Below, in pieces: positions 53,009 to 62,521 of a stretch of DNA of 64,000 nucleotides (position 1 is the first letter of the stretch; each line of letters opens with the position of its first letter). The position numbers and the translations under genes are program-made. Source of the DNA: Endomicrobiales bacterium (GTDB lineage Bacteria > Elusimicrobiota > Endomicrobiia > Endomicrobiales > CAWCFT01). The stretch covers positions 128,001-192,000 of the forward strand of contig CAWCFT010000004.1 in assembly GCA_963794945.1 (NCBI GenBank), given 5' to 3'. Under the pieces are notes generated by a model. That model saw only the letters and a list, made by a program, of their open reading frames with translations. It did no database searches and was not told the origin of the DNA.

Positions 53009-54836
53009 TTATACTTCTCGCCCTCTGTTTGCCTGTCGGCTGGATTTGTGAATGGGTGGCGGGCCGGTAGAGCTATGGTAAACATTGTGCCTTCGCCTTT
53101 GACACTGCGAGCGGCTGATGCTTCCGCCATGCATATCTGCAATCTGGCGGCATATGGCAAGCCCAAGTCCGGTGCCTTTGGCTTTAGTTGTGTAAAACGG
53201 AGCGAATATCTTGTACATGTCGCCCTCATCTATGCCAGAGCCTGTGTCCGCAATAGATATTGACCAAAACTCCTGGTTCTGCCTGCTGATGGTTACGGTT
53301 ATAGCGCCGCTTTTGTCACACAGGGCCTGATAGGCGTTATCAAGAATATTGCTAAATAGTATCTTGAGCTTGGTTGGGTCGGCCTCAATAACGGCGCCTT
53401 CATTGCAGTCAAAATGCTCCGCCAGTTTAACTTGCCAGTCAGCGTATTTTGTGGTTACTGAACTTATGCAGTCGCTCATCAGGTCGCAGATGTTTATCGG
53501 CTCGATGTTCAGCGGCCCAAGATTGGTAAAACTTAAAAGGTTAGTGATTATCTGGTCGCTTTCGAGCAGCTTCTTGTTGATACTTTCGAAATGCTTATCC
53601 AGCAGAGGGCCGCCGGATTTCTTACGGATGTTAAAGATTGCTGTTCTTATCACCGCAAGCGGGTTACGCATCTCGTGGGCTATGGTAGCCGAGAGCCTCC
53701 CTATGTCGGCCATTCTTTGCGAGCGTTCCAGCTCCGCATGGGTTTTCAGCACTTCTCTGGTGCGGCTTTTAACCGCCGTTTCAAGGGCGTCTTTGTCGCG
53801 CTGGAGGACATTTTCGGCATGCTTGCGCACCGTTATGTCGCGTATGTTGCCGTTCCTGTAAAGCGGACGGCCGGCTTTGTCTTTGACAAGCGACATGCGG
53901 TTGGAGAACCAGCGGTACTCGCCGCTCTTTGCGCGCTGGCGGTACTCCACGTCCGCTTTGCCTGCGTACTCCAGCTGCTCAAGGGCTGCCCGCATGGCTG
54001 GAAGGTCATCGGGGTGGATAAGGGCCATCGAGGCCTCGGCGTCCTGAGCTGTTAGTTCTTCAGCAGAAAACCCCGCGACCTCTTTGCACGCGGGGCTGAT
54101 ATACTCGTAATGCCCGGTTCTGAACGTTTAACCGGTAAATGATGTCCCGGGAACTGTCCAGCACGGCGCGGAACCGCTCTTCGCTTTCGCGCAATAGTTT
54201 TTCCGACTTTTTGTGCTGGTCAAGCAGCGAGCGCGCTACAAGCTCGCGGAAAGTTATTTCTGCGTTGTGTTTCTGTTCGGTCAGGTTGGTTACCAGCACG
54301 CAGCGCAGTTCGGAACCTTTGAGATGGATATTCGAAATAGAAAGCTGTACCGGTATGACCGAACCCTCGCTGGTTTGCAGTTCGGTTTCCCCCCTGCATT
54401 CCTTGACTTCGGACTGCCTGAGGAACATGGTCACAAGCTCGTGGTGTTCGGCGGGTATATATTTTAAGAAAGTGGTGCCTGTTATCTTTTCGTGTGGCTG
54501 CTGCGTCAGCATCGCGAACCGGGCGTTGCAGTAAAGGATGGTGCCGTCCGGGGAAAGAGTGACCGCGCCTTCGCCTATGTTCTCAACGAACACGCGGTAG
54601 GGATGCTCGGCCCCTTCCAGCGTGAAAGCCCGCTCGCCCTCGGGAGTCGCAACAAGGACCGCGTCCACTTCCCCGCTGTGCACGGCCCGTATCACTTCCT
54701 GGGCTTCATCTAGCTTGGCGCGCAACTCCTGCAGCTGCCCTTCCAGTTCTTTTACACTGTTAGAAGCTGCCGCCGGCTTTCGCGGGGGCTTTGTTGAGTT
54801 TTTTTCAGGTAGATGTTTTCTTGTTTTGTTCTTCAT
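53009..54836 (-). CDS. PAS histidine kinase downstream of kaiB (two frameshifts; 3' end uncertain, possibly 52735)
   Basis: SGEVDAVLV..FTLEGAEHPYR, IHPDD, AHEMRNPL, GTGLGL. Confidence 0.85.
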
Positions 54837-54844
54837 CTTAGCTG

Positions 54845-54938
54845 TTCCCCTCTCTTTTGTTTAAAGAGGGGTAAGGAGGAGTTCAGTTGTACAACTTCAA
54901 ACTCCCCTTGATCCCCTCTTTGTGAATAAAGAGGGGAA
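54845..54938. repeat. CCCCTCT..AGAGGGG double-hairpin element, copy 1
   Basis: shares ATCCCCTCTTTGTGAATAAAGAGGGGAA with copy 2. Confidence 0.85.
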
Positions 54939-54993
54939 CCGCGGCAATATCGATGGCATCCCGGCACCATAGCCGGCAACGGAAAACAGCCCG

Positions 54994-55275
54994 CTATTTA
55001 AAACCTTCTAAAACCTTTTCGGTATTCGATATATCGCCGATAAACCTTTTTAAGGGGACCGGCTGTTTTTTGACAAGCGTCGGCACCGCGATTATCTGTT
55101 CCCGCCTGGCAAGCTCGGGCTGCTGGTAAATATCCACAACGGTAAGTTCATAATTGTCCTCAAGGTACGCGCTGCATATCTTTTTAACGCTTTCTATGGC
55201 GTTCGCGGAACGCATTGAAGCGCCCGCGACAAAAAGATAAAGAATGTATTTTTTAGCATCAATTGCTTTTGCCAT
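54994..55275 (-). CDS. kaiB: KaiB family protein
   Basis: LYLFVAG, VDIYQQPELA, IIAVPTLVK..P.P..FIGD. Confidence 0.93.
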   Translation of the reverse strand: MAKAIDAKKYILYLFVAGASMRSANAIESVKKICSAYLEDNYELTVVDIYQQPELARREQIIAVPTLVKKQPVPLKRFIGDISNTEKVLEGFK

Positions 55276-55298
55276 GGTTTTTCCTTTATGTTGCTATA

Positions 55299-55396
55299 CC
55301 CCCTCTTTCGTCTAAAGAGGGGGTAGTGGGAGTTTGCTTTAAACAATTCAAAACCCCAACTCCCCTTAATCCCCTCTTTGTGAATAAAGAGGGGAA
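55299..55396. repeat. CCCCTCT..AGAGGGG double-hairpin element, copy 2
   Basis: direct repeat of 54845-54938. Confidence 0.85.
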
Positions 55397-55413
55397 AACC
55401 GCGTTAGCACATT

Positions 55414-55719
55414 TTACCCCACCAGCTTGTAGTCGAGCCCTATCAGTACTCTCTCTTTGTTCGAAAGGTCGCCTATTATCTTGCGCATCGGCAGCGGCAG
55501 CTTCTTGACCAGCGTTGGTATGGCGAATATCTGGTCGCCCGCGGCAAGCTGGGGGTTTTTAAGCAGGTCAACGACCTCTATTTCATATAGCCCCGGGAAG
55601 TTCTCTTCGCAGATGGCCTTAAGGTTCGCTAAGGCTGTCAGGCATTTAGGCGTTTGGCCCGCCACGTAGAGCCTCAGGCTCCACGCCTTATTTTTCTTTT
55701 TCGCTTTTTTCTTGTTCAT
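55414..55719 (-). CDS. kaiB: KaiB family protein
   Basis: [33 protein letters not shown]. Confidence 0.95.
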   Translation of the reverse strand: MNKKKAKKKNKAWSLRLYVAGQTPKCLTALANLKAICEENFPGLYEIEVVDLLKNPQLAAGDQIFAIPTLVKKLPLPMRKIIGDLSNKERVLIGLDYKLVG

Positions 55720-57196
55720 TGCGCCACCTGCCCTTCCTGGCCCATCCTGCCGTAGATCTTGTCTTTGTTCTTAAAGACATCGGAAATTTCTATTCCCTTC
55801 CCGCTTAGAATAAAGCGGTAGGAGAGGCTGGAGTTCGCCATGCCGCGCGACTTAATAACGCGTATGGTGCGCACGTGGTCGCCGGCCAGCTCAAGGTTTG
55901 TCAAAACCATCCAGGTATCCATCAGCGACGATATCTCAAGTTCCGTTTTTGTCAGTTCCGCGCTGTTGTTGTGCGAGAGGTCGGTGAATACGCAGGTAAT
56001 GTTTTTCCCTTTAAGAAAATCCAGCATGCGGGTTAGCATGAGCTTTACATCCGATTCAACTCCGGCCGAGACCAGGTTCGATACCGGGTCTACCACCACG
56101 ACGTCGGGCTTAAATTCATTTACCAGCGCGTGCATGTTCACCAGGTACATTTCCAGCCCCGTAATAGTAGGCCGGGAAGCGTGGATATAGAGAAGCCCCT
56201 TTTTGAGGCAGGGGTCGAGGTTTACGCCTATGGAACGCATGTTCCGCACAATCTGGCTGACGGATTCCTCCATGGCAAAGTACAGGCATTTCTTTCCTTT
56301 GGCGCAGGTTGATTCGGCGAACTTAAGCGCTATGCTGCTTTTGCCGGTGCCCGCGGTTCCGGATATAAGAATGCTCGAGCCGCGGTAATAGCCTTTGCCG
56401 CCGAGCATATTGTCGAGCGCGGGTATGCCGGACGAAACAAGGGCCGCGTCTACCTTATAATCAAGCCCCACTGAAGTGATAGGAAATATCGAAAAACCGG
56501 TTGAGCCGATGAGGAAGGGATACTCGTTGGTCCCGTGGGAAGTGCCGCGGTATTTAACTATGCGCATCCGGCGGGTGCATATCTGATCTATTATGCGGTT
56601 GTCCAGCACTACGACGCAGTCGGCCACGTATTCTTCGATGCCGTAGCGGGTAAGCGTGCCCTCGCCTTTTTCGCCCGTTATGACCACGGTCACGCCCTTG
56701 TCTTTAAGCCAGCGGAACAGGCGCCAGAGCTCGGCGCGGAGTATTACCGTGTTCGAAAGGCCGGAGAACAGCGCTTCTATTGTATCGAGAACGACGCGCT
56801 TCGCGCCTATGGATTTTATGGCATTGTCGAGGCGAACGAAAAGCCCCTCCAGATTATAGTCGCCTGTTTCTTCTATTTCGTTGCGTTCTATGAATACGTA
56901 ATCAAGCAGGATCTTTTTTTTGGCGATAAGCGCCTTGAGGTCGAACCCCATAGAGGCGAAATTTTTGGTGAGCTCTTCGGCATTCTCTTCGAACGACATT
57001 ATCACGCCGGGCTCGTTGAACTCGGTGGCGCCGCGCCAACGAATTCGGCCCCGAACACGGTTTTTCCGCAGCCCGCCCCGCCGCAAACAAGCGCCGGCCG
57101 CCCCCTAGGCAGGCCGCCGCCAGTGATCTCGTCGAACCCGCGGATGCCGGTAAGGCATTTTGGCAGGTTCTCCGGTTTAACTTTCACTTTTTTCAT
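55716..57196 (-). CDS. kaiC: double-domain KaiC ATPase/kinase (frameshift near 57040)
   Basis: [40 protein letters not shown]. Confidence 0.95.
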
Positions 57197-57298
57197 GGCC
57201 CCTCCCATTATAAAGTGTCGGAAAGTCTTCTATTTAGGCATGTTAGCCGTAATATAAGCTAAATATATATAATTAGTATTTAAAATGCAATATTAGGA

Positions 57299-57591
57299 AT
57301 GAACCTCCACCCTGCAAGTCAAGGATCTGGAACAGCCGCCGGCTGTTTGGAGACCGCCGGTTTGTTGGCGGGCAGGGCGGTATCAAAGGACTGTCTTCGC
57401 GAGTCCGCCTCAGACGGACGTGGCGATCTCGATATTAGCTTTCAAAATTGCTTTGAGATTGCTTCCCGCCACCAGGCACAGGCGGGCAGGCTGCTTCGCC
57501 CGCAAAGACGACCAAAGTGGAACTCCGCCAACAGGAGCTAGCGGTTTAACGTGGCGGACTATGAACCTCCACACATCAAGTTGCGCGGAAT
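57299..57591. mobile_element. nested palindromic elements: two ATGAACCTCCAC..CAAG hairpins flanking a REP-like element (57393-57509)
   Basis: ATGAACCTCCAC at 57299 and 57561; GTCTTCGCGAG..CGCAAAGAC inner element. Confidence 0.6.
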
Positions 57592-57631
57592 AGTCAAGTT
57601 TAATAAATTGATCGCTAAACCCAGGAAAAAT

Positions 57632-57679
57632 AAAAAAGAACAAGCCTTGCAAATTCTATCGCAAGGCTTGTTCTTTTTT
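57632..57679. terminator. intrinsic terminator after TonB receptor
   Basis: AAAAAAGAACAAGCCTTGC..GCAAGGCTTGTTCTTTTTT. Confidence 0.88.
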
Positions 57680-57693
57680 GAAAACTTATAACT

Positions 57694-59745
57694 TTACAGC
57701 TTAACGTTGACGCTGAGCATGTACTGCCTGTCAGGCATAGGATAAAGCGGCACGCCATTTTCAGGAACAAGGTAATCTTCATTACCAAGGTTCTGGATGG
57801 CAAATTCAAGCGTGGTCGCAGCCGCGATCTTCGCGCTTACTTTGAAATCCACGACTGTGTTGCCGTTCGGTTGATTGTTGCCGTTTGTCGTAGTATATTT
57901 ATCTATGTAACGGCACACCGCAGTACACTTCAGGTCGCAAGAACTCGGGATCTTACAAACCACACCGGCGTTAACCATGTTGACCGGTATATCCGCGAAT
58001 TGCTGGCCATTTTCATCCGCGAAATACGCAAATGAATAATTGGCAAACAATTTGAATGCGCGGGACAACGCGTAATCGCCGGTCACTTCAACTCCATGGC
58101 CCTTTGACTTGCCTGAAGCGTTGACATCGTACGATATATTGTTGGCTGCCGCGTGCTGAATAATTGCGTTATCGATCTCATCGCTGAACATAGTGATCGT
58201 TCCTAAGAAATGCTTATTCTCATAAGTGATTCCGCCCTGATAACTCTGGATGGTTTCGGGGTCGATAGAACTGGGCAAAGTGCTTGGCAGTCCGTATTGA
58301 GCGAACTGATAACCGGCTTCAACGTTCCTTGAATAATCCTTTAACGTCGGGACTCTAAGCGCCGTGTCATACATTACTTTTACATTCCAGTTGTCGTTGA
58401 GCTTTTGAACGAGGCCGGTTCTTGGCGAGAACTGCGAATAGCTTGAGCTTCCAAAAATACCGTCGTCGTAACGCGCGCCCAGTATCAGGTTCAGTCCGGC
58501 TAACACATCAAACTGCTGGCGGCGAAGCTGGGCGAACGCCGACATCGTTTTAATGTGTATATTTGTGTCATTAACCTCTGAAAAAAGAGTGCCTTTGCCG
58601 CTGGCATTATAGGTATACCAATAACTGCCGTTGTCGGGGTTGCCAGGATCTACCCAATAACGCTCATCATACTCAAGGCCGGCTATAAGGTCATATTTTG
58701 CGTTTATCTTGTACTTAATTTCGGCCATTGTATCGTAGCCGGCGCAATCTTTTCTATAGATATAGTCAGACTGCTGGTTGGAGCTCCGCGGAACCTCCGC
58801 GAAATGCCCGGTTTCTTCTCCCATATTGCTCTTTATATAACCGTCAATGGAAAAACTATCGGAGAATGCATGGTCATATTTAAGATACGGCGCTACCGTT
58901 CTGAACTCGTTATAATTGTCGGGTTCCGTAAACGTACCCATCCAGCTCTCGGACAGATCGTCGTTTTCATCAATGTATATCAAGCCAAGCCCAAAACCTT
59001 TAAGGGCGCCTTTGGTTATTTTATAGGAAGAATTTATAAAGGTATCCTTTTGGCCGTCATAAAGAAGATTGTCCGGCGGATTCATAGTAGGTATCGGCCT
59101 TAATGACGAGTCTTTTTGGAAATAACTGGCGCTCAATTGGGTTTCGCCGTTATCATTCTTTGAAATTATGTCAGTCATGAATTGCTGGCTGTTTTGGAAG
59201 CCGCCGGAGAACCGCGATTCGGTCTGGGTTCCGTTCTCTTCCATTTTTTTGGATGTGATGCTGACAACTCCGCTGAACGCGCTCGCTCCATACAAAGCGG
59301 AAGAAGGGCCCCTCAGGAACTCAACTTTATCTGCGAACAAAAGGGGCAGGTCCTGCTGGTCGCTTCCTTTATAGCTCAAAGGAAAATTTATCGGTATGCC
59401 GTCTATAAGGATAAGGTTATCCGCGTTCTCGAATGAGAACTGATCGCCTCGGGTGGTGAGGGTCAATTGGCCCCAGCGCGGAGAAACGTTGTACCCTGGA
59501 GTTATTTGCGCGAGATCTGCGATCGTGTAATAACCCAAGTCTCTGATGTCTTCACTGGAATAAGAAGTAACAAACGCTGGAGCATCTGTTAATTTTTCCG
59601 CCACTTTTGACGCTGAAACCACCATGGGGACTTCCATAAACAACAGGCTTTCTTCGCCGCTCACAGCGAAAACCCTTGAAAAAGGCTGAAACTGAACCAC
59701 TGCCGCAAGAAACATGACCAACATTACAGTTTTTAGCATTTTCAT
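57694..59745 (-). CDS. TonB-dependent outer membrane receptor
   Basis: signal peptide, VVSASK..APA, LILIDG, VEFLRGPSSALYG, NLGNEDY. Confidence 0.9.
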   Translation of the reverse strand: MKMLKTVMLVMFLAAVVQFQPFSRVFAVSGEESLLFMEVPMVVSASKVAEKLTDAPAFVTSYSSEDIRDLGYYTIADLAQITPGYNVSPRWGQLTLTTRGDQFSFENADNLILIDGIPINFPLSYKGSDQQDLPLLFADKVEFLRGPSSALYGASAFSGVVSITSKKMEENGTQTESRFSGGFQNSQQFMTDIISKNDNGETQLSASYFQKDSSLRPIPTMNPPDNLLYDGQKDTFINSSYKITKGALKGFGLGLIYIDENDDLSESWMGTFTEPDNYNEFRTVAPYLKYDHAFSDSFSIDGYIKSNMGEETGHFAEVPRSSNQQSDYIYRKDCAGYDTMAEIKYKINAKYDLIAGLEYDERYWVDPGNPDNGSYWYTYNASGKGTLFSEVNDTNIHIKTMSAFAQLRRQQFDVLAGLNLILGARYDDGIFGSSSYSQFSPRTGLVQKLNDNWNVKVMYDTALRVPTLKDYSRNVEAGYQFAQYGLPSTLPSSIDPETIQSYQGGITYENKHFLGTITMFSDEIDNAIIQHAAANNISYDVNASGKSKGHGVEVTGDYALSRAFKLFANYSFAYFADENGQQFADIPVNMVNAGVVCKIPSSCDLKCTAVCRYIDKYTTTNGNNQPNGNTVVDFKVSAKIAAATTLEFAIQNLGNEDYLVPENGVPLYPMPDRQYMLSVNVKL

Positions 59746-59952
59746 TCCGGTCTCCCTTTTTGCATACTTTAATACAGTATGCCGATTTTAATGCGAAATG
59801 CTGACAACACAACAACTTCCATCTATTTTCCATGCTCCAAGTTTACAAAACTTTTTTTTATTGTACAATATATTTATCAATAAAGTCAATACAATTTAAA
59901 CCTCCCGCTGCATGTAAAAGATAATGACATTAATTTTGCATTTTCCGTAGAT

Positions 59953-60729
59953 TTACATACCAACCGCGAAACAGCGCATGGATATGGAAGAGTGCTGGAA
60001 GCCCTCGTAGAAATACTCGAGGTTCTCGCCTTTGTTCCTCAGGGCGCAGGCGTAAAGCATTGGGAGGTAGTGTTCGTTGGTGGGTACGGCGTAGGGTGAG
60101 TTGATGTCGTTATCGTTATAGTTTACAAGAAGCCTGTCGTATCCGGAATCGAGCGCGGTTTTGACGTATTGGTCGAACTCTTTGGCCCAAACCGGCGTTT
60201 TCTTCGCGAACTGCGCCCAGTCTATCATAGAAAGGTTGTGGACTATGTTCCCGCTCCCTAGGACAAGCACACCTTCTTTTCGCAGAACGGACAGCGATCT
60301 AGCAGCATCAAAATGCTCTTTCTCGGATCTCGCGGCGTCGAGGCTTAGCTGAACCACCGGTATATCGCACTTGGGGTACATGTGCTTTAGAACCGACCAT
60401 GCGCCGTGGTCAATCCCCCACTCGCTGTTGAGGCTCGCGTTCACACGGCTCAAAAGTTTTGCGGTTTGTTTGGCAAGCTCCAGCGAACCTTTCGGTCTGT
60501 ATTTTATCTCGTAAAGCGCCTGCGGAAAACCGTAGAAATCGTATATCTGCTCGGGCTCATCCGAACCCGTGACAAACGTTCCGTTAGTCACCCAATGCGC
60601 CGAGACGCAGAGGATCGCTTTCGGCTTCGGTATCTTTCCCGCGAAATCGCTTAACGCTTTAGTGAAATCGTTGTCCTGCCCCGCGTTCATAGGCGAACCG
60701 TGGCCTACGAAAACTACAGGCATAAGCAT
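59953..60729 (-). CDS. ygiD: DODA-type extradiol ring-cleavage dioxygenase
   Basis: FVGHGSPMN, SAHW, DHGAW, GSGNIVHNL, EHYLP. Confidence 0.9.
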   Translation of the reverse strand: MLMPVVFVGHGSPMNAGQDNDFTKALSDFAGKIPKPKAILCVSAHWVTNGTFVTGSDEPEQIYDFYGFPQALYEIKYRPKGSLELAKQTAKLLSRVNASLNSEWGIDHGAWSVLKHMYPKCDIPVVQLSLDAARSEKEHFDAARSLSVLRKEGVLVLGSGNIVHNLSMIDWAQFAKKTPVWAKEFDQYVKTALDSGYDRLLVNYNDNDINSPYAVPTNEHYLPMLYACALRNKGENLEYFYEGFQHSSISMRCFAVGM

Positions 60730-60758
60730 TTTTATTTCCTTGTCGTTTCGAAAAACCA

Positions 60759-60952
60759 AGATCTCTCACCCAAACACCGGGATTCGAGATGACAACCAAA
60801 CATAAGACTGTCATTTCGATCCCGCCGTGGCGGGAGAGAAATCTTTAATCAAAACAAAATCCAGATCTCTCCCGCCAAACGACACGACGGCGGGCAAGCA
60901 TCCGCGCGCCGGCGCATCTTTGACCTCTGATGGATTCGAGATGACAACCAAA
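60759..60952. repeat. tandem REP/RPE-like elements
   Basis: AGATCTCTC..GGATTCGAGATGACAACCAAA twice; TGTCATTTCGATCCCGCC..GGCGGGAGAGAAATCT. Confidence 0.7.
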
Positions 60953-60966
60953 ATACGAACGCTTTT

Positions 60967-61470
60967 TTATTTTGCTATCAGCATGAATTTGTCTTTCGGC
61001 GCTCCGCATATCGGGCACTTGTCCGGAGCGGAACCTACCACGGTATTCCCGCAGATGGAACAAACATATATATCAGCTTTGGGCAGGTCTTTGGACGCTT
61101 CAATGGAGCTTAGCGCCTGCGAATACAATCCGTGATGGATCCCTTCAACGGCCATCGCGGCCTTGAACGATATCTCCGCGTGCTTATTGCCTTCCGCCTG
61201 CGCGGTCTTTATGAACTCGGGGTACATTTTCACATATTCATAATTCTCGCCGGCTACCGCTTCCTGAAGGTTCTCTTTTGTCGTCTTTACCCCGCCCATC
61301 ACGCGCAGGTGCGCGAGGGCGTGAACGGTCTCGGCTTCCGCCGCGGCGCGGAACAGCTTTGCCACCTGAGGGAACCCGTCCCCCTCCGCCTTTTTCGCGA
61401 ACGCGAGATATTTCCTGTTAGCCTGGCTTTCCCCGGCGAACGCCGCCTGAAGGTCGTCTTTTGTTGCCAT
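60967..61470 (-). CDS. rubrerythrin
   Basis: AFAGESQA, ETVHA, EGIH, CSIC..CPIC rubredoxin domain. Confidence 0.95.
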   Translation of the reverse strand: MATKDDLQAAFAGESQANRKYLAFAKKAEGDGFPQVAKLFRAAAEAETVHALAHLRVMGGVKTTKENLQEAVAGENYEYVKMYPEFIKTAQAEGNKHAEISFKAAMAVEGIHHGLYSQALSSIEASKDLPKADIYVCSICGNTVVGSAPDKCPICGAPKDKFMLIAK

Positions 61471-61516
61471 AAATAGTTCTCCTTTATTTTTTGCTGTTGC
61501 GGACCTGCCGCAACGC

Positions 61517-62248
61517 TTAACGCATCTTTTTCATCCAGTCATGGACATATTGTTCCGGCTCGCCGGTTTCTATAACTTCCAGTATCTGTTCCGCCACGTA
61601 CTGCGCTGTGTCGGCAGGCGGGCGGCCTTTTGTCATCTCTTCCACGGGCGCTTCTTCCCCGTTTTTGGCCCGCAACGTATTCTTATGGAAATCGCTCAGG
61701 GTGATGTAAGGATAGACTATGCTCACAACTATTTTATCCTTAGCGAGCTCTTCTCTGGCGGTCAGCGTTATGCCGCCTAGCGCCCGTTTAGTGGACGAGT
61801 ACCCGCCAAGCTCGGGCCTGTACATGAGCGCCGTGCCGGAGCTTATGTTAACGATGGACCCGCCTCCGCGTTTTCTCATAACCGGTATAACCGCCTGCAT
61901 GGCGGCGAGCGGGCCGACTACGTTTAGGTCAAGCAGTTTGCGGTATTCCGTCAGGTCTATAGACTCCACTGAAGAATTATCGCCGCGGCCGGCGTTGTTG
62001 ACAAGTATGTCTATCCCGCAGAACTTCTCGTCAACTTTCGCTACCATGTTTTTAACGGCATTCTCATCCGACATATCCGTCTGGAACACGGCCGAGCCGG
62101 GCAGTTCTTTAGAGAGCTCTTCGAGCTTGTCTTTTGACCTCGCCACGAGCGCCACTTTCGCGCCCATTTTCGCCAGAAGCCTGGCGGTCTCAAGGCCTAT
62201 ACCGTAAGAGGCTCCGGTCACTATAGCTACTTTGCCTTTAGGTTCCAT
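61517..62248 (-). CDS. SDR family oxidoreductase
   Basis: TGASYGIG, NNAG, YSSTK. Confidence 0.93.
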   Translation of the reverse strand: MEPKGKVAIVTGASYGIGLETARLLAKMGAKVALVARSKDKLEELSKELPGSAVFQTDMSDENAVKNMVAKVDEKFCGIDILVNNAGRGDNSSVESIDLTEYRKLLDLNVVGPLAAMQAVIPVMRKRGGGSIVNISSGTALMYRPELGGYSSTKRALGGITLTAREELAKDKIVVSIVYPYITLSDFHKNTLRAKNGEEAPVEEMTKGRPPADTAQYVAEQILEVIETGEPEQYVHDWMKKMR

Positions 62249-62380
62249 TCTTATCTCCTATTAATTTGCGTATTCCACCCAGCCCGCCAATATACCCGGT
62301 GGATCTTCGACTTTCTGGGCGGTCACCTTTGTTGGTTGTGCCCTAAAGGGTACTTCCAATAGATATTCTAATCGTGGGTC

Positions 62381-62470
62381 GTCTTTGCGAGCGAAGCGAA
62401 GCAATCTCAAAACAATTTTGAAAGCGAACATCGAGATCGCCACGGTCATCTGCGATGACCTCGCGAAGAC
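62381..62470. repeat. REP/RPE-like element, inverted homolog of 57393-57509
   Basis: GTCTTTGCGAGCGAAGCGAAGCAATCTCAAAACAATTTTGAAAGC..GAGATCGCCACG..CTCGCGAAGAC. Confidence 0.85.
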
Positions 62471-62521
62471 AATCATTTGATGCCGCCCTGCTTGCAGATC
62501 AGAGGCTCATTGAACACAAGG

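Noticed and set aside
201..55275. Genome-wide TAG reassignment
   Set aside because: TAG ends many genes at expected family C-termini (wecA-like, aroE, two kinases, kaiB).
57535..57575. preQ1-I-like riboswitch on the minus strand (GGAGGTTCATAGTCC..CTAG)
   Set aside because: Mismatched P1, no A-rich tail, no queuosine gene downstream; better explained as a repeated hairpin motif.
59746..59950. Cobalamin riboswitch before the TonB receptor
   Set aside because: AT-rich leader lacking B12-box and GGGAA motifs.
62261..62476. Short ORFs over repeats (also 57410-57652, 17873-18229, 60845-61063)
   Set aside because: Translations of palindromic elements without RBS or protein-like features.
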